Of a stretch of DNA of 24,015 bases, positions 1-6,867 are shown piece after piece. Under the pieces are notes generated by a model. The model had not been told where the DNA came from. It saw nothing but the letters and a program-made list of their open reading frames with translations, and searched no databases. Made by a program: the position numbers and the translations under genes. This stretch comes from a virus (Duplodnaviria; Caudoviricetes), in IMG/VR virus record IMGVR_UViG_3300025759_000679, positions 1 through 24,015 of that record; one strand, written 5' to 3'. Position 1 is the first letter of the stretch; each line of letters begins with the position of its first letter.

Positions 1-372
1 ACAAGTTTTGAACATCTTAAAACTCATGGACTCTTTGCCAAACCTACTGCGACTAATGATTTTAGAACGAGACGAGAAGCATTGGCGATGCCGATGACGA
101 GATTAGTTGAGAACAAGCCTGGCTTCAGAATAGATCGTAAATGTGTTCGCTTGAGAAAATCGTTGAGTGGCGGATACCATTTTAAGAGAGTAGCTATTGG
201 AGCAGGGCAAGAAAGATTTAGGGATACACCGAACAAGAATGAGCATTCGCATATCGGAGATGCTGCAGGATATTGTCTGCTCGGAGGTGGAGAGCATAGA
301 CGAATGACTAAGGGTAATAGACCACACCTCAAACCGATGGTCGCTAAAATAGATTTTGATCCGTTACAATGA
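1..372 (+). CDS. terL: Terminase large subunit, C-terminal nuclease part (5'-truncated by window)
   Basis: Frame is open from base 1 (TSFEHLKTHGLFAKPTATNDFRTRREALAMPM...). It contains GGYHFKR and PNKNEHSHIGDAAGY, typical of the TerL RNase H-like C-terminus, and lies upstream of the portal. Confidence 0.85.
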   Translation, partial: TSFEHLKTHGLFAKPTATNDFRTRREALAMPMTRLVENKPGFRIDRKCVRLRKSLSGGYHFKRVAIGAGQERFRDTPNKNEHSHIGDAAGYCLLGGGEHRRMTKGNRPHLKPMVAKIDFDPLQ

Positions 373-584
373 TGTATTTATTTGTCGAATCTATTGCCAC
401 ACTAACCGCTATAATTTCTATTTATCTTTATGGGAATGGTTGGAAGTATTCTGGATACTTTGGGTTGTTCTCACAATTTTGGTGGATTCTATTTACCTAC
501 ATCAATGACCATAAGACTCTTTACTTTCTCTGCCTGTGTATGTGCATTACCCATATCCGCAACATAAGGAAAATGAATAAATGA
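369..584 (+). CDS. Small hydrophobic membrane protein (about 3 TM segments)
   Basis: 71 aa with three hydrophobic stretches. ATGA-type overlaps with both neighbours. Confidence 0.65.
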   Translation: MMYLFVESIATLTAIISIYLYGNGWKYSGYFGLFSQFWWILFTYINDHKTLYFLCLCMCITHIRNIRKMNK

Positions 585-1087
585 CATTTACTTGCGAAGA
601 ATTAAACCAAGCAACAAATCTGGATGGGGTCGATTATAAATTTATTCCGTTTCATTATACGCATCTCAAGATGATGGAGTTCCGAGAGTCCGAACATTCT
701 CTCATGAACAGCTTTGTAGATTACGAAGAAAAAATAAAAACGTGTCCGATGGAGGGGTTGTCATTTAGTGGAGTATCCTTTGGAGACATTGCCTGTTGTT
801 TTGGCATACTGCCTTTATGGGAAGGAGTATATGAGGCATGGATGTTACCATGTAAAGACCTAACCAAAAATAAATTTAAGTTTCATAGAGCAAGTCTCAA
901 GTTTTTTGAATACGTTGCAAAACGCTTAAATATTCATAGATTACAGATAAATGTTAGTAGTCAGAATTGCCTAGCATACAAATGGGCTAAAAAGTGTTAC
1001 TTTACTGAGGAAGGATTGTTACGAAAGTTCGGTCCAGATAAAACTGACTTTTATATTATGAGTCGATTGTTTAACGATAAGGAGTAG
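581..1087 (+). CDS. GNAT-fold acetyltransferase-like protein (T7 gp13-like)
   Basis: FGILPLWEGVYEAW, RLQINV...N..A.KWA...YF.EEG.LRKFG pattern of RimJ/GNAT-like phage proteins. Lies between terminase and portal. Confidence 0.7.
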   Translation: MTFTCEELNQATNLDGVDYKFIPFHYTHLKMMEFRESEHSLMNSFVDYEEKIKTCPMEGLSFSGVSFGDIACCFGILPLWEGVYEAWMLPCKDLTKNKFKFHRASLKFFEYVAKRLNIHRLQINVSSQNCLAYKWAKKCYFTEEGLLRKFGPDKTDFYIMSRLFNDKE

Positions 1088-1089
1088 AT

Positions 1090-1341
1090 ATGGGCGGATT
1101 TTTTTCACCACCAAAACCAAAAGCACCTCCAGGTCCTTCTAAGGCGGAGCTTGATGCGATAGCTCGTAGAGAAAGACAGGCGGAGCAAACTAAAGCCAGA
1201 GAATCTAGAGAGATTGCAGCTCGTAAAAGAACGAGACGTGGTTCTCAAGGATTAATGACAGCCTTTGTAGGTAGAAGACCAGAAGATCAAGGAGGTCAAC
1301 AGACCCTCGGTCCAAGTAGGAATCCAAGAGACTATGGCTAA
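1090..1341 (+). CDS. Small virion-associated protein (T7 gp7.3-like position and composition)
   Basis: RBS AAGGAG at 1079-1084. MGGFFSPPKPKAPP N-terminus, charged helix and Arg-rich segment, upstream of the portal. Confidence 0.65.
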   Translation: MGGFFSPPKPKAPPGPSKAELDAIARRERQAEQTKARESREIAARKRTRRGSQGLMTAFVGRRPEDQGGQQTLGPSRNPRDYG

Positions 1342-1376
1342 AAAATATATTAGAAACCCTAAAAAAAGGAGAGACG

Positions 1377-1547
1377 ATGCCAAAAGTTATGTACAAAACT
1401 AAAGATGGTATGAAAACCAAAATGTTTCCGTACAATAAATCTGGGGTAGATCAAGCCAAGTCATTCGCCAAGTTAGTGAATGGTAAGGTTGAAATGTCTA
1501 TGAAAAACTCTAAGATGAAGTATGCTAAAAAAACACAAAAATCCTAA
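1377..1547 (+). CDS. Small Lys-rich protein, 56 aa (MPKVMYKTKDGMKTKMFPYNKSGVDQAKSFAK...), not in ORF track
   Basis: Strong RBS AAGGAG just upstream of ATG 1377. Fills the 1341-1522 gap. MPKV..FPY..G...AK pattern recalled from marine podovirus small proteins. Confidence 0.7.
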   Translation: MPKVMYKTKDGMKTKMFPYNKSGVDQAKSFAKLVNGKVEMSMKNSKMKYAKKTQKS

Positions 1548-1791
1548 AGGTGGTTTGACTCAAGCAGGCAGAGATTACTTCAAGAGAAAAGAGGGAGCTA
1601 ATCTAAAACCACCTGTTAAGAAGGGAGTAAATTCGAGACGTGTAAGTTTCGCAGCTCGCTTTGCAGGAATGAAAGGTCCTATGAAAAACCCAGACGGAAC
1701 ACCAACCAGAAAAGCACTAGCCCTACGAGCATGGGGTTTTAGGAACGAAGAGTCAGCTCGTAACTTTGCTAACAAACATAAGAAGGCATAA
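1522..1791 (+). CDS. Basic hypothetical protein (DUF6321-like)
   Basis: KNPKGGL..GR...GANLKPPVK..RR.SF.AR..GM..P...ALRAW pattern. TAATG coupling to the next gene. Confidence 0.7.
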   Translation: MLKKHKNPKGGLTQAGRDYFKRKEGANLKPPVKKGVNSRRVSFAARFAGMKGPMKNPDGTPTRKALALRAWGFRNEESARNFANKHKKA

Positions 1792-2054
1792 TGACAAAAA
1801 CTATAAACATGACATACGAAGACTTTATAAAAACAAGTAGAACAGGTCTTAAAAAAACTATTACAGGATTAGGTCCACTTGGATATTTAGTGCAGGGTAA
1901 ACAGTTTGATAGAATGTTTAGTAATTTAGAAAAAGATGTTCAAAATAAAATGCGGACGAATCAAGTGCAATTTGTAGGCTCAAGCAACAGACCAAGAGGA
2001 AGAGCAAATTTAAGGGTTAAAAGACGTTCATTAATGAAAGCTAAGAGGACATAA
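1791..2054 (+). CDS. Hypothetical basic protein
   Basis: 87 aa ORF coupled by TAATG at both ends, directly before the portal. Confidence 0.7.
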   Translation: MTKTINMTYEDFIKTSRTGLKKTITGLGPLGYLVQGKQFDRMFSNLEKDVQNKMRTNQVQFVGSSNRPRGRANLRVKRRSLMKAKRT

Positions 2055-3613
2055 TGGCAAAACTAAACGCTCAACAACTAAAAAGAAAATACGATTTAAG
2101 TAATAGTCATAAGGATAATTGGAGATCAATTTACGAAGATGCATACCGCTATGCTTTACCTATGAGAAACCTCTACGATGGGTACTACGAGTCCAATACA
2201 CCAGGTCAAGATAAGATGGCGAGAGTGTTTGACTCTACTGCTATAGATAGTACGCAAAAATTTGCAAATAAATTACAGAGTGGTTTATTCCCACCTGCTA
2301 CTCAGTGGTGTCGTCTAGTGCCTGGTTCTGAGATACCGAAAGAAAGGCAAATAGAAACGCAACAGATTTTAGATGGCTATAACAACAGAATGTTCGATAT
2401 AATGCGACAATCTAATTTTGACCAAGCTATGGGCGAATTTCTTCTTGAACTCAGCATTGGCAGTGCGATCATGCTGATCCAACCTGGAGACGAAGTGACT
2501 CCGATTCGTTATACTGCTGTACCGACATTCTTAGTTACCTTTGAGGAAGGTCCATTCGGCACTGTTGATAAAGTCTATAGAAGAATGAAAAAACCTTACG
2601 GAGTATTAGATCAAGAATTTCCAGATGTAAAAATACCCCAAGATATGAAGAACAGTTATCAAGGTCGAGAAAGCGAGATGGTTGAGCTGATCGAGGGTAC
2701 TTACTACGACAAGGATACAGGTAAATATCATTATCAGATTGTTGATTATAATGGAAAGCATGAGCTTGTTTATAGAGAGTTAAAATCATTTCCTTGGGTG
2801 GTAGCACGTTACATGAAAGCTGCTAACGAAAGATATGGTCGAGGACCTGTACTTACTGCCTTACCAGATATTAAAACATTGAACAGAGTATTAGAACTTA
2901 CACTTAAAAATGCTTCACTAACTATTGCAGGAGTCTACACCGCAGTAGATTCTGGAGTTTTGAATCCTGGCGCAATAAACCTAATTCCTGGTGCGATCAT
3001 ACCTGTCAACAGTAACGGAGGTCCTAGAGGAGCTGACCTACAACCATTACCAAGAAGTGGTGACCCTCAGTTATCTCAGATTGTGGCGAATGACTTACGG
3101 ATGAATATTAAGAAAATTATGTTAGACGAATCTTTGCCACCAGATACTATGTCAGCTCGAACTGCACTTGAGGTTGCCGAGAGAATGAAACAACTATCGC
3201 AAAACTTAGGAGCTGCGTTTGGTCGATTGATTAATGAGACTATGTATCCTGTAGTAAGAAGAACTCTAGAAGTTATGGATCAACTCGGTATTATCCAATT
3301 ACCACTGAAGGTAAACGGACTACAAGTTAAGGTACAGCCGATTGGTGAACTTGCTATGGCGAGCAATATGACGAAAGTAAATCAAGTAATGCAATACGCA
3401 CAGATAGCTAGTTCGTTAGGACCAACAGGCCAGATGACTATTAAGGTAGAACAAATTGCCGACTACATTGCGGATGCTATGGGAATACCTGCGGATATTA
3501 GAACTACTTACGAAGAGAGAATGCAGATGCAACAAGTTATGGCGGAGCAAGCTCAGATGATGGCTCAACAGCAACAAGCTCAGCAAGCACCACCACCACA
3601 GGAAGAACAGTAA
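2054..3613 (+). CDS. Portal protein (head-tail connector, T7 gp8-like)
   Basis: 519 aa with VFDSTA, L.SGLFPP..W, PWVVARY...E.YGRGP...ALPDIK.LN, RTA.EV.ER and a Gln-rich C-terminal tail. Confidence 0.95.
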   Translation: MAKLNAQQLKRKYDLSNSHKDNWRSIYEDAYRYALPMRNLYDGYYESNTPGQDKMARVFDSTAIDSTQKFANKLQSGLFPPATQWCRLVPGSEIPKERQIETQQILDGYNNRMFDIMRQSNFDQAMGEFLLELSIGSAIMLIQPGDEVTPIRYTAVPTFLVTFEEGPFGTVDKVYRRMKKPYGVLDQEFPDVKIPQDMKNSYQGRESEMVELIEGTYYDKDTGKYHYQIVDYNGKHELVYRELKSFPWVVARYMKAANERYGRGPVLTALPDIKTLNRVLELTLKNASLTIAGVYTAVDSGVLNPGAINLIPGAIIPVNSNGGPRGADLQPLPRSGDPQLSQIVANDLRMNIKKIMLDESLPPDTMSARTALEVAERMKQLSQNLGAAFGRLINETMYPVVRRTLEVMDQLGIIQLPLKVNGLQVKVQPIGELAMASNMTKVNQVMQYAQIASSLGPTGQMTIKVEQIADYIADAMGIPADIRTTYEERMQMQQVMAEQAQMMAQQQQAQQAPPPQEEQ

Positions 3614-3664
3614 TGAATTTTAATTATGGTGGATATGATCCACAGCTATGGAGGGCAAAAAAAA

Positions 3665-3961
3665 ATGAAAGTAACAAACGAAGAACAAAAAAATATAAAT
3701 AGTCCAGGTTGGGAAGGCTTAGATGCAACACCTAACCCACATCAAAAGATAGAACCTACTGACTTGGATAAATTATATCAACGAGTTTTTTCATCACAAG
3801 ATGGGAAAAAATTACTGATACATCTCAAGGACACATACCTCGACACTCCAACTTGGACACCTGGGTATGATAATAGCTTTGGATATTATAGAGATGGTCA
3901 GAATACGATTATAAGAGAAATAATAACCAGAATAAGGAGGGCTAATTATGATCGAAAATGA
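3665..3961 (+). CDS. Conserved post-portal protein (Bbp19-like)
   Basis: LYQRVFSSQDGKKLL.HL....YYRDGQN.II.EI pattern, between portal and scaffold. Start at 3665 is preferred (GGAGG at 3650-3654); 3626 is the alternative. Confidence 0.75.
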   Translation: MKVTNEEQKNINSPGWEGLDATPNPHQKIEPTDLDKLYQRVFSSQDGKKLLIHLKDTYLDTPTWTPGYDNSFGYYRDGQNTIIREIITRIRRANYDRK

Positions 3962-4754
3962 AGAAGTAAAACAAGAAGAAGAACAACCTACACCACAACC
4001 AGAAGAGTCAAAAGGCTTGATGGCTGATGCAGAACAACAAGCAGAAGAAGTGGTTGAGGATGGAATGCCTACAGGTAAACAAGAAGATATCTATGACGGA
4101 GAGGATTTAGAAAACCTTGAGTTTACGAGACCAGAAACATTTCCAGAAAAATTCTGGCATGAGAAGGATGGTCCAGACGTTGAAGGTTTAGCCAAGGCAT
4201 ACGGAGAACTAGAAAAGAAATTTCACTCTGGTAATGGTAAAGCTCCTAAAGAATATAGCTTAGATAATATTAAGGAACTTGGCTTTGCGGAGGATGATCC
4301 TGTGGTCAATACTTTTAAGGAGTGGTCTAAAAATAACAACGTACCTCAAGATGCCTTTGACGAACTCGCAGGTAAGATTGCTGAAATGGGTATGCAAGCT
4401 CAACAGGATGAAGAGATACATATCCAAGAGGAGAAAACTAAACTCGGTGAGAATGCCGACAATATTATTAACTCTAACGTCAAGTGGGGTAGGGGGTTAG
4501 TTAACAAAGGTATGTTATCTGAGGATGATTACAATGAACTTGAAGTATGGGGAGGCACAGCTTCTGGTCAGAGACTTCTCAATAAATTTAGAGGCATGAT
4601 GGGAGAACGTGAGATACCGACTGCTACAGTGGAAGGTCAGCGAATGGATGAGGAAGAATTAAAATCCTTAGTTGCCGATCCTAGATATGGAACTGATGAA
4701 AGATTCCGTAAAGATGTAGAACGTAAGTTTGTGGAGTATTACGACAAAAGATAG
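3948..4754 (+). CDS. Capsid scaffolding/assembly protein
   Basis: Very acidic 268 aa with RPE.FPEKFW, LAKAY.ELEKK and C-terminal DPRY..D..FR..V. RBS AAGGAGG. Lies before the MCP. Confidence 0.88.
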   Translation: MIENEEVKQEEEQPTPQPEESKGLMADAEQQAEEVVEDGMPTGKQEDIYDGEDLENLEFTRPETFPEKFWHEKDGPDVEGLAKAYGELEKKFHSGNGKAPKEYSLDNIKELGFAEDDPVVNTFKEWSKNNNVPQDAFDELAGKIAEMGMQAQQDEEIHIQEEKTKLGENADNIINSNVKWGRGLVNKGMLSEDDYNELEVWGGTASGQRLLNKFRGMMGEREIPTATVEGQRMDEEELKSLVADPRYGTDERFRKDVERKFVEYYDKR

Positions 4755-4883
4755 ATGAAAGAAGAAAAGCCGAAACATATAATCCCTCTACGAGACTGTA
4801 GGGGGTCTCGGTTCCCTAATAAAAAGCGAAGGCTTGTTGAATATAAAAATCCTGTAGTTTACTACGGAAAAAGTTCGACTTGA
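4755..4883 (+). CDS. Possible 42-aa basic protein (MKEEKPKHIIPLRDCRGSRFPNKKRRLVEYKNPVVYYGKSST)
   Basis: ATG immediately follows the scaffold TAG in frame and fills the gap up to the promoter. Not in ORF track. Confidence 0.45.
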   Translation: MKEEKPKHIIPLRDCRGSRFPNKKRRLVEYKNPVVYYGKSST

Positions 4884-4908
4884 AAATAATCTAAAAAAAA
4901 GTTATAAA
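4880..4908 (+). promoter_or_regulatory. Putative sigma70-type promoter for the capsid operon
   Basis: TTGAAA (4880-4885), 17-nt spacer, TATAAA (4903-4908), directly upstream of the structured leader. Confidence 0.6.
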
Positions 4909-4917
4909 TAAAGTATT

Positions 4918-5013
4918 AACTTACAACCCTAATCTAGGGCAAGTTTGGCTACTCAGAAATGAGTCGTTGCAAGAACGTAATCTTGTAGCCAAGGCTGAAT
5001 TTTTTCAATAACC
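4918..5013 (+). ncRNA. Structured 5' leader of the major capsid gene (cis-regulatory RNA candidate)
   Basis: Stems read by eye: AACTT/AAGTT enclosing CCCTA/TAGGG; TTGGCT/AGCCAA enclosing ACTCA-GAAA-TGAGT and GCAAGA/TCTTGT; GG-C-TGAA/TTCA-ATAA-CC. Confidence 0.6.
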
Positions 5014-5058
5014 GATAGGCGATTAGTTTTTTATATTTAACTTTAATAAGGAGTACAA

Positions 5059-5913
5059 ATGAGTACAGGACTATCAACTGCATTTATCACTCTCTTTGAG
5101 GCTGAAGTAAAACAAGCCTACCAGGGTGAAGCAGTACTAAGAAATGCTGTACGAATGAGAACTAATGTTAATGGTTCAACTGTAAAATTTCCTACTATCG
5201 GAAAAGGTGTATCTCAAGTAAGAACACCACAAACAGACGTTGTTCCGTTAAACACTTCATTCGGATCAGTGACAGCGACTATGACAGATTACATAGCTGC
5301 TGAATATAGCGATATTTTCGACCAAGCAAAAGTGAACTTCGATGAGAGACAAGAGTTGGCTCAAGTTGTTGGTAAAGCGATTGCTAGAAGAGAAGATCAA
5401 ATAATAATCGATGTAATGGAAGCAGCTTCTCCAGGCACTACGATTGCTAATACAGTTGTAACTTCTGGTTCAGCCGCAGCTTCTGACTTGAATATTGGTA
5501 AAATCATTGCAGCTAAGAAAGCTCTTGATGCAGCTAATGTTCCTCCAAGCGACAGACACGCAATTATTCATGCGAACAATCTCGCAGGTCTTCTTGGCGA
5601 TGAAAGGGCAATTAGTGGCGATTTCCAAAACATCAAAGCACTTGTCGCAGGTGAGCTTAACACTATGATGGGCTTTCAGTTTCATATTGTAGGTGATAGA
5701 GACGAAGGCGGCTTAAATCTTGATGGATCAAGTGACAGGAAAACTTTTTTCTTTCATAAGTCATCTACAGGCTGTGGTGTATCAGTAGCACCTAAGGTTG
5801 AGGTGAACTATATACCGGAAAAAACGTCCTTCCTGGTAAGTGCCATGTATAGTGCTGGAGCAGCGGTTATTGATACTGCCGGTCTAGTTCAAGTAACTTG
5901 TAGAGAGTCTTAG
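5059..5913 (+). CDS. Major capsid protein
   Basis: 284 aa with F...F.AEVKQAYQ, FP.IGKG and DIFDQAKVNFDER.EL....AI.R.EDQ.II. RBS TAAGGAG. Follows the scaffold. Confidence 0.93.
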   Translation: MSTGLSTAFITLFEAEVKQAYQGEAVLRNAVRMRTNVNGSTVKFPTIGKGVSQVRTPQTDVVPLNTSFGSVTATMTDYIAAEYSDIFDQAKVNFDERQELAQVVGKAIARREDQIIIDVMEAASPGTTIANTVVTSGSAAASDLNIGKIIAAKKALDAANVPPSDRHAIIHANNLAGLLGDERAISGDFQNIKALVAGELNTMMGFQFHIVGDRDEGGLNLDGSSDRKTFFFHKSSTGCGVSVAPKVEVNYIPEKTSFLVSAMYSAGAAVIDTAGLVQVTCRES

Positions 5914-5923
5914 GAGGTAAATT

Positions 5924-6199
5924 ATGGCATTCGCAAGAACAGGATGGAATCCTATTGGTGGCATGAGCAAACGAGGTAGTGCTCCACAAATGTGGACGTA
6001 CACTTCAGCAGATGCTATCGCAACTGTAAATACTTCTGGATATTTTAATAGTGTATCTGATGAAGTAAAAGTTGGTGATCTAATTTATGTTCACGACTCA
6101 AACACACCTACTGCTTCTCTAGTAATTGTATTAAGCAATGCTAGTGGTGTAGTTGATGTGAGTGATGGAACAGCAATTAGTGTTGCTGACTCTGACTAA
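5924..6199 (+). CDS. Capsid-associated/decoration-type small protein
   Basis: RBS AGGAGG. W.Y.S.D...TV...GYFN....L/VKVGD.I motif. Lies between the MCP and the terminator, so co-expressed at capsid level. Confidence 0.75.
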   Translation: MAFARTGWNPIGGMSKRGSAPQMWTYTSADAIATVNTSGYFNSVSDEVKVGDLIYVHDSNTPTASLVIVLSNASGVVDVSDGTAISVADSD

Positions 6200-6209
6200 A
6201 TAATAAACT

Positions 6210-6236
6210 GTGGGGAGCTTCGGCTCCCTACTTTTA
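6210..6236 (+). terminator. Rho-independent terminator after the capsid genes (T-phi-like position)
   Basis: GTGGGGAGC-TTCG-GCTCCCTAC stem with a C(UUCG)G tetraloop, followed by TTTTA. Confidence 0.88.
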
Positions 6237-6249
6237 TAAGGAATTTTTT

Positions 6250-6867
6250 ATGGCAGCAGGAGATACTCAAGTCAGCATAGCAAACCAATCCCTACTACTA
6301 TTAGGAGCTGACACTATATCAAACTTTACTAACGGAACTGCTGTCGGCAATGCGTGTTCAATCATATATCCCAAAGTTAAAGCTACTACTCTAGGAATGT
6401 ATCCTTGGAGTTTTACTTTAAAAAAGGAACAGCTTTCTCGATTATCAACAGCTCCCACCGCACATTTTCTATATCAATTCGCCCTCCCCCCAGATATGTT
6501 AAATAGTGTACCAAGAACTGTCTATGCAAGTAGTGATCGAGGAGCTGCTCCTATTACTGATTGGACAATACAAGGTCAGACATTATTAACGGATAGAGAA
6601 CAAATATTTGTAGACTATCAACAGGATATCGTAGAGGGTAAACTACCAACGTATTTCGTACAACTCCTTGTATATATGTTAGCCTGGAACTTGGCTGAAA
6701 CAATTACAGATCAAACCGAGAAAGGTGCATACTATAAACAGATTGCCCTCGGTACTGTAGCTGAGAACAATAGAGGTGGATACTTTAGAACTGCTATTAA
6801 CTTAGATGGCGCAGGAGAAACCCCACCTGTTATTGCTCAGTATTTACTTACTGAGGTTCGCAGTTAA
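6250..6867 (+). CDS. Tail tubular protein A / head-tail adaptor (T7 gp11-like)
   Basis: IAN.SLL.LGA..I, YPWSF, YQF.LP.D and P.YF..LL...LA motifs. 205 aa, in the expected position. Confidence 0.88.
   Translation: MAAGDTQVSIANQSLLLLGADTISNFTNGTAVGNACSIIYPKVKATTLGMYPWSFTLKKEQLSRLSTAPTAHFLYQFALPPDMLNSVPRTVYASSDRGAAPITDWTIQGQTLLTDREQIFVDYQQDIVEGKLPTYFVQLLVYMLAWNLAETITDQTEKGAYYKQIALGTVAENNRGGYFRTAINLDGAGETPPVIAQYLLTEVRS

Noticed and set aside
3530-3610. CAA/CAG-rich repeats at the portal 3' end
   Set aside because: They encode the ordinary Gln/Pro-rich portal tail and are not a DNA repeat element.
4903-4910. TATAAATA as a T4-type late promoter
   Set aside because: The same octamer occurs inside coding regions (about 3694 and 16043) in this AT-rich DNA, and a properly spaced -35 box explains the site as sigma70-like.
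5890-5930. T7 10A/10B-like frameshift fusing the MCP to the downstream small protein
   Set aside because: The 5924 frame has a TAA directly upstream (AGG AGG TAA ATT ATG), the gene has its own AGGAGG RBS, and no slippery site is evident.
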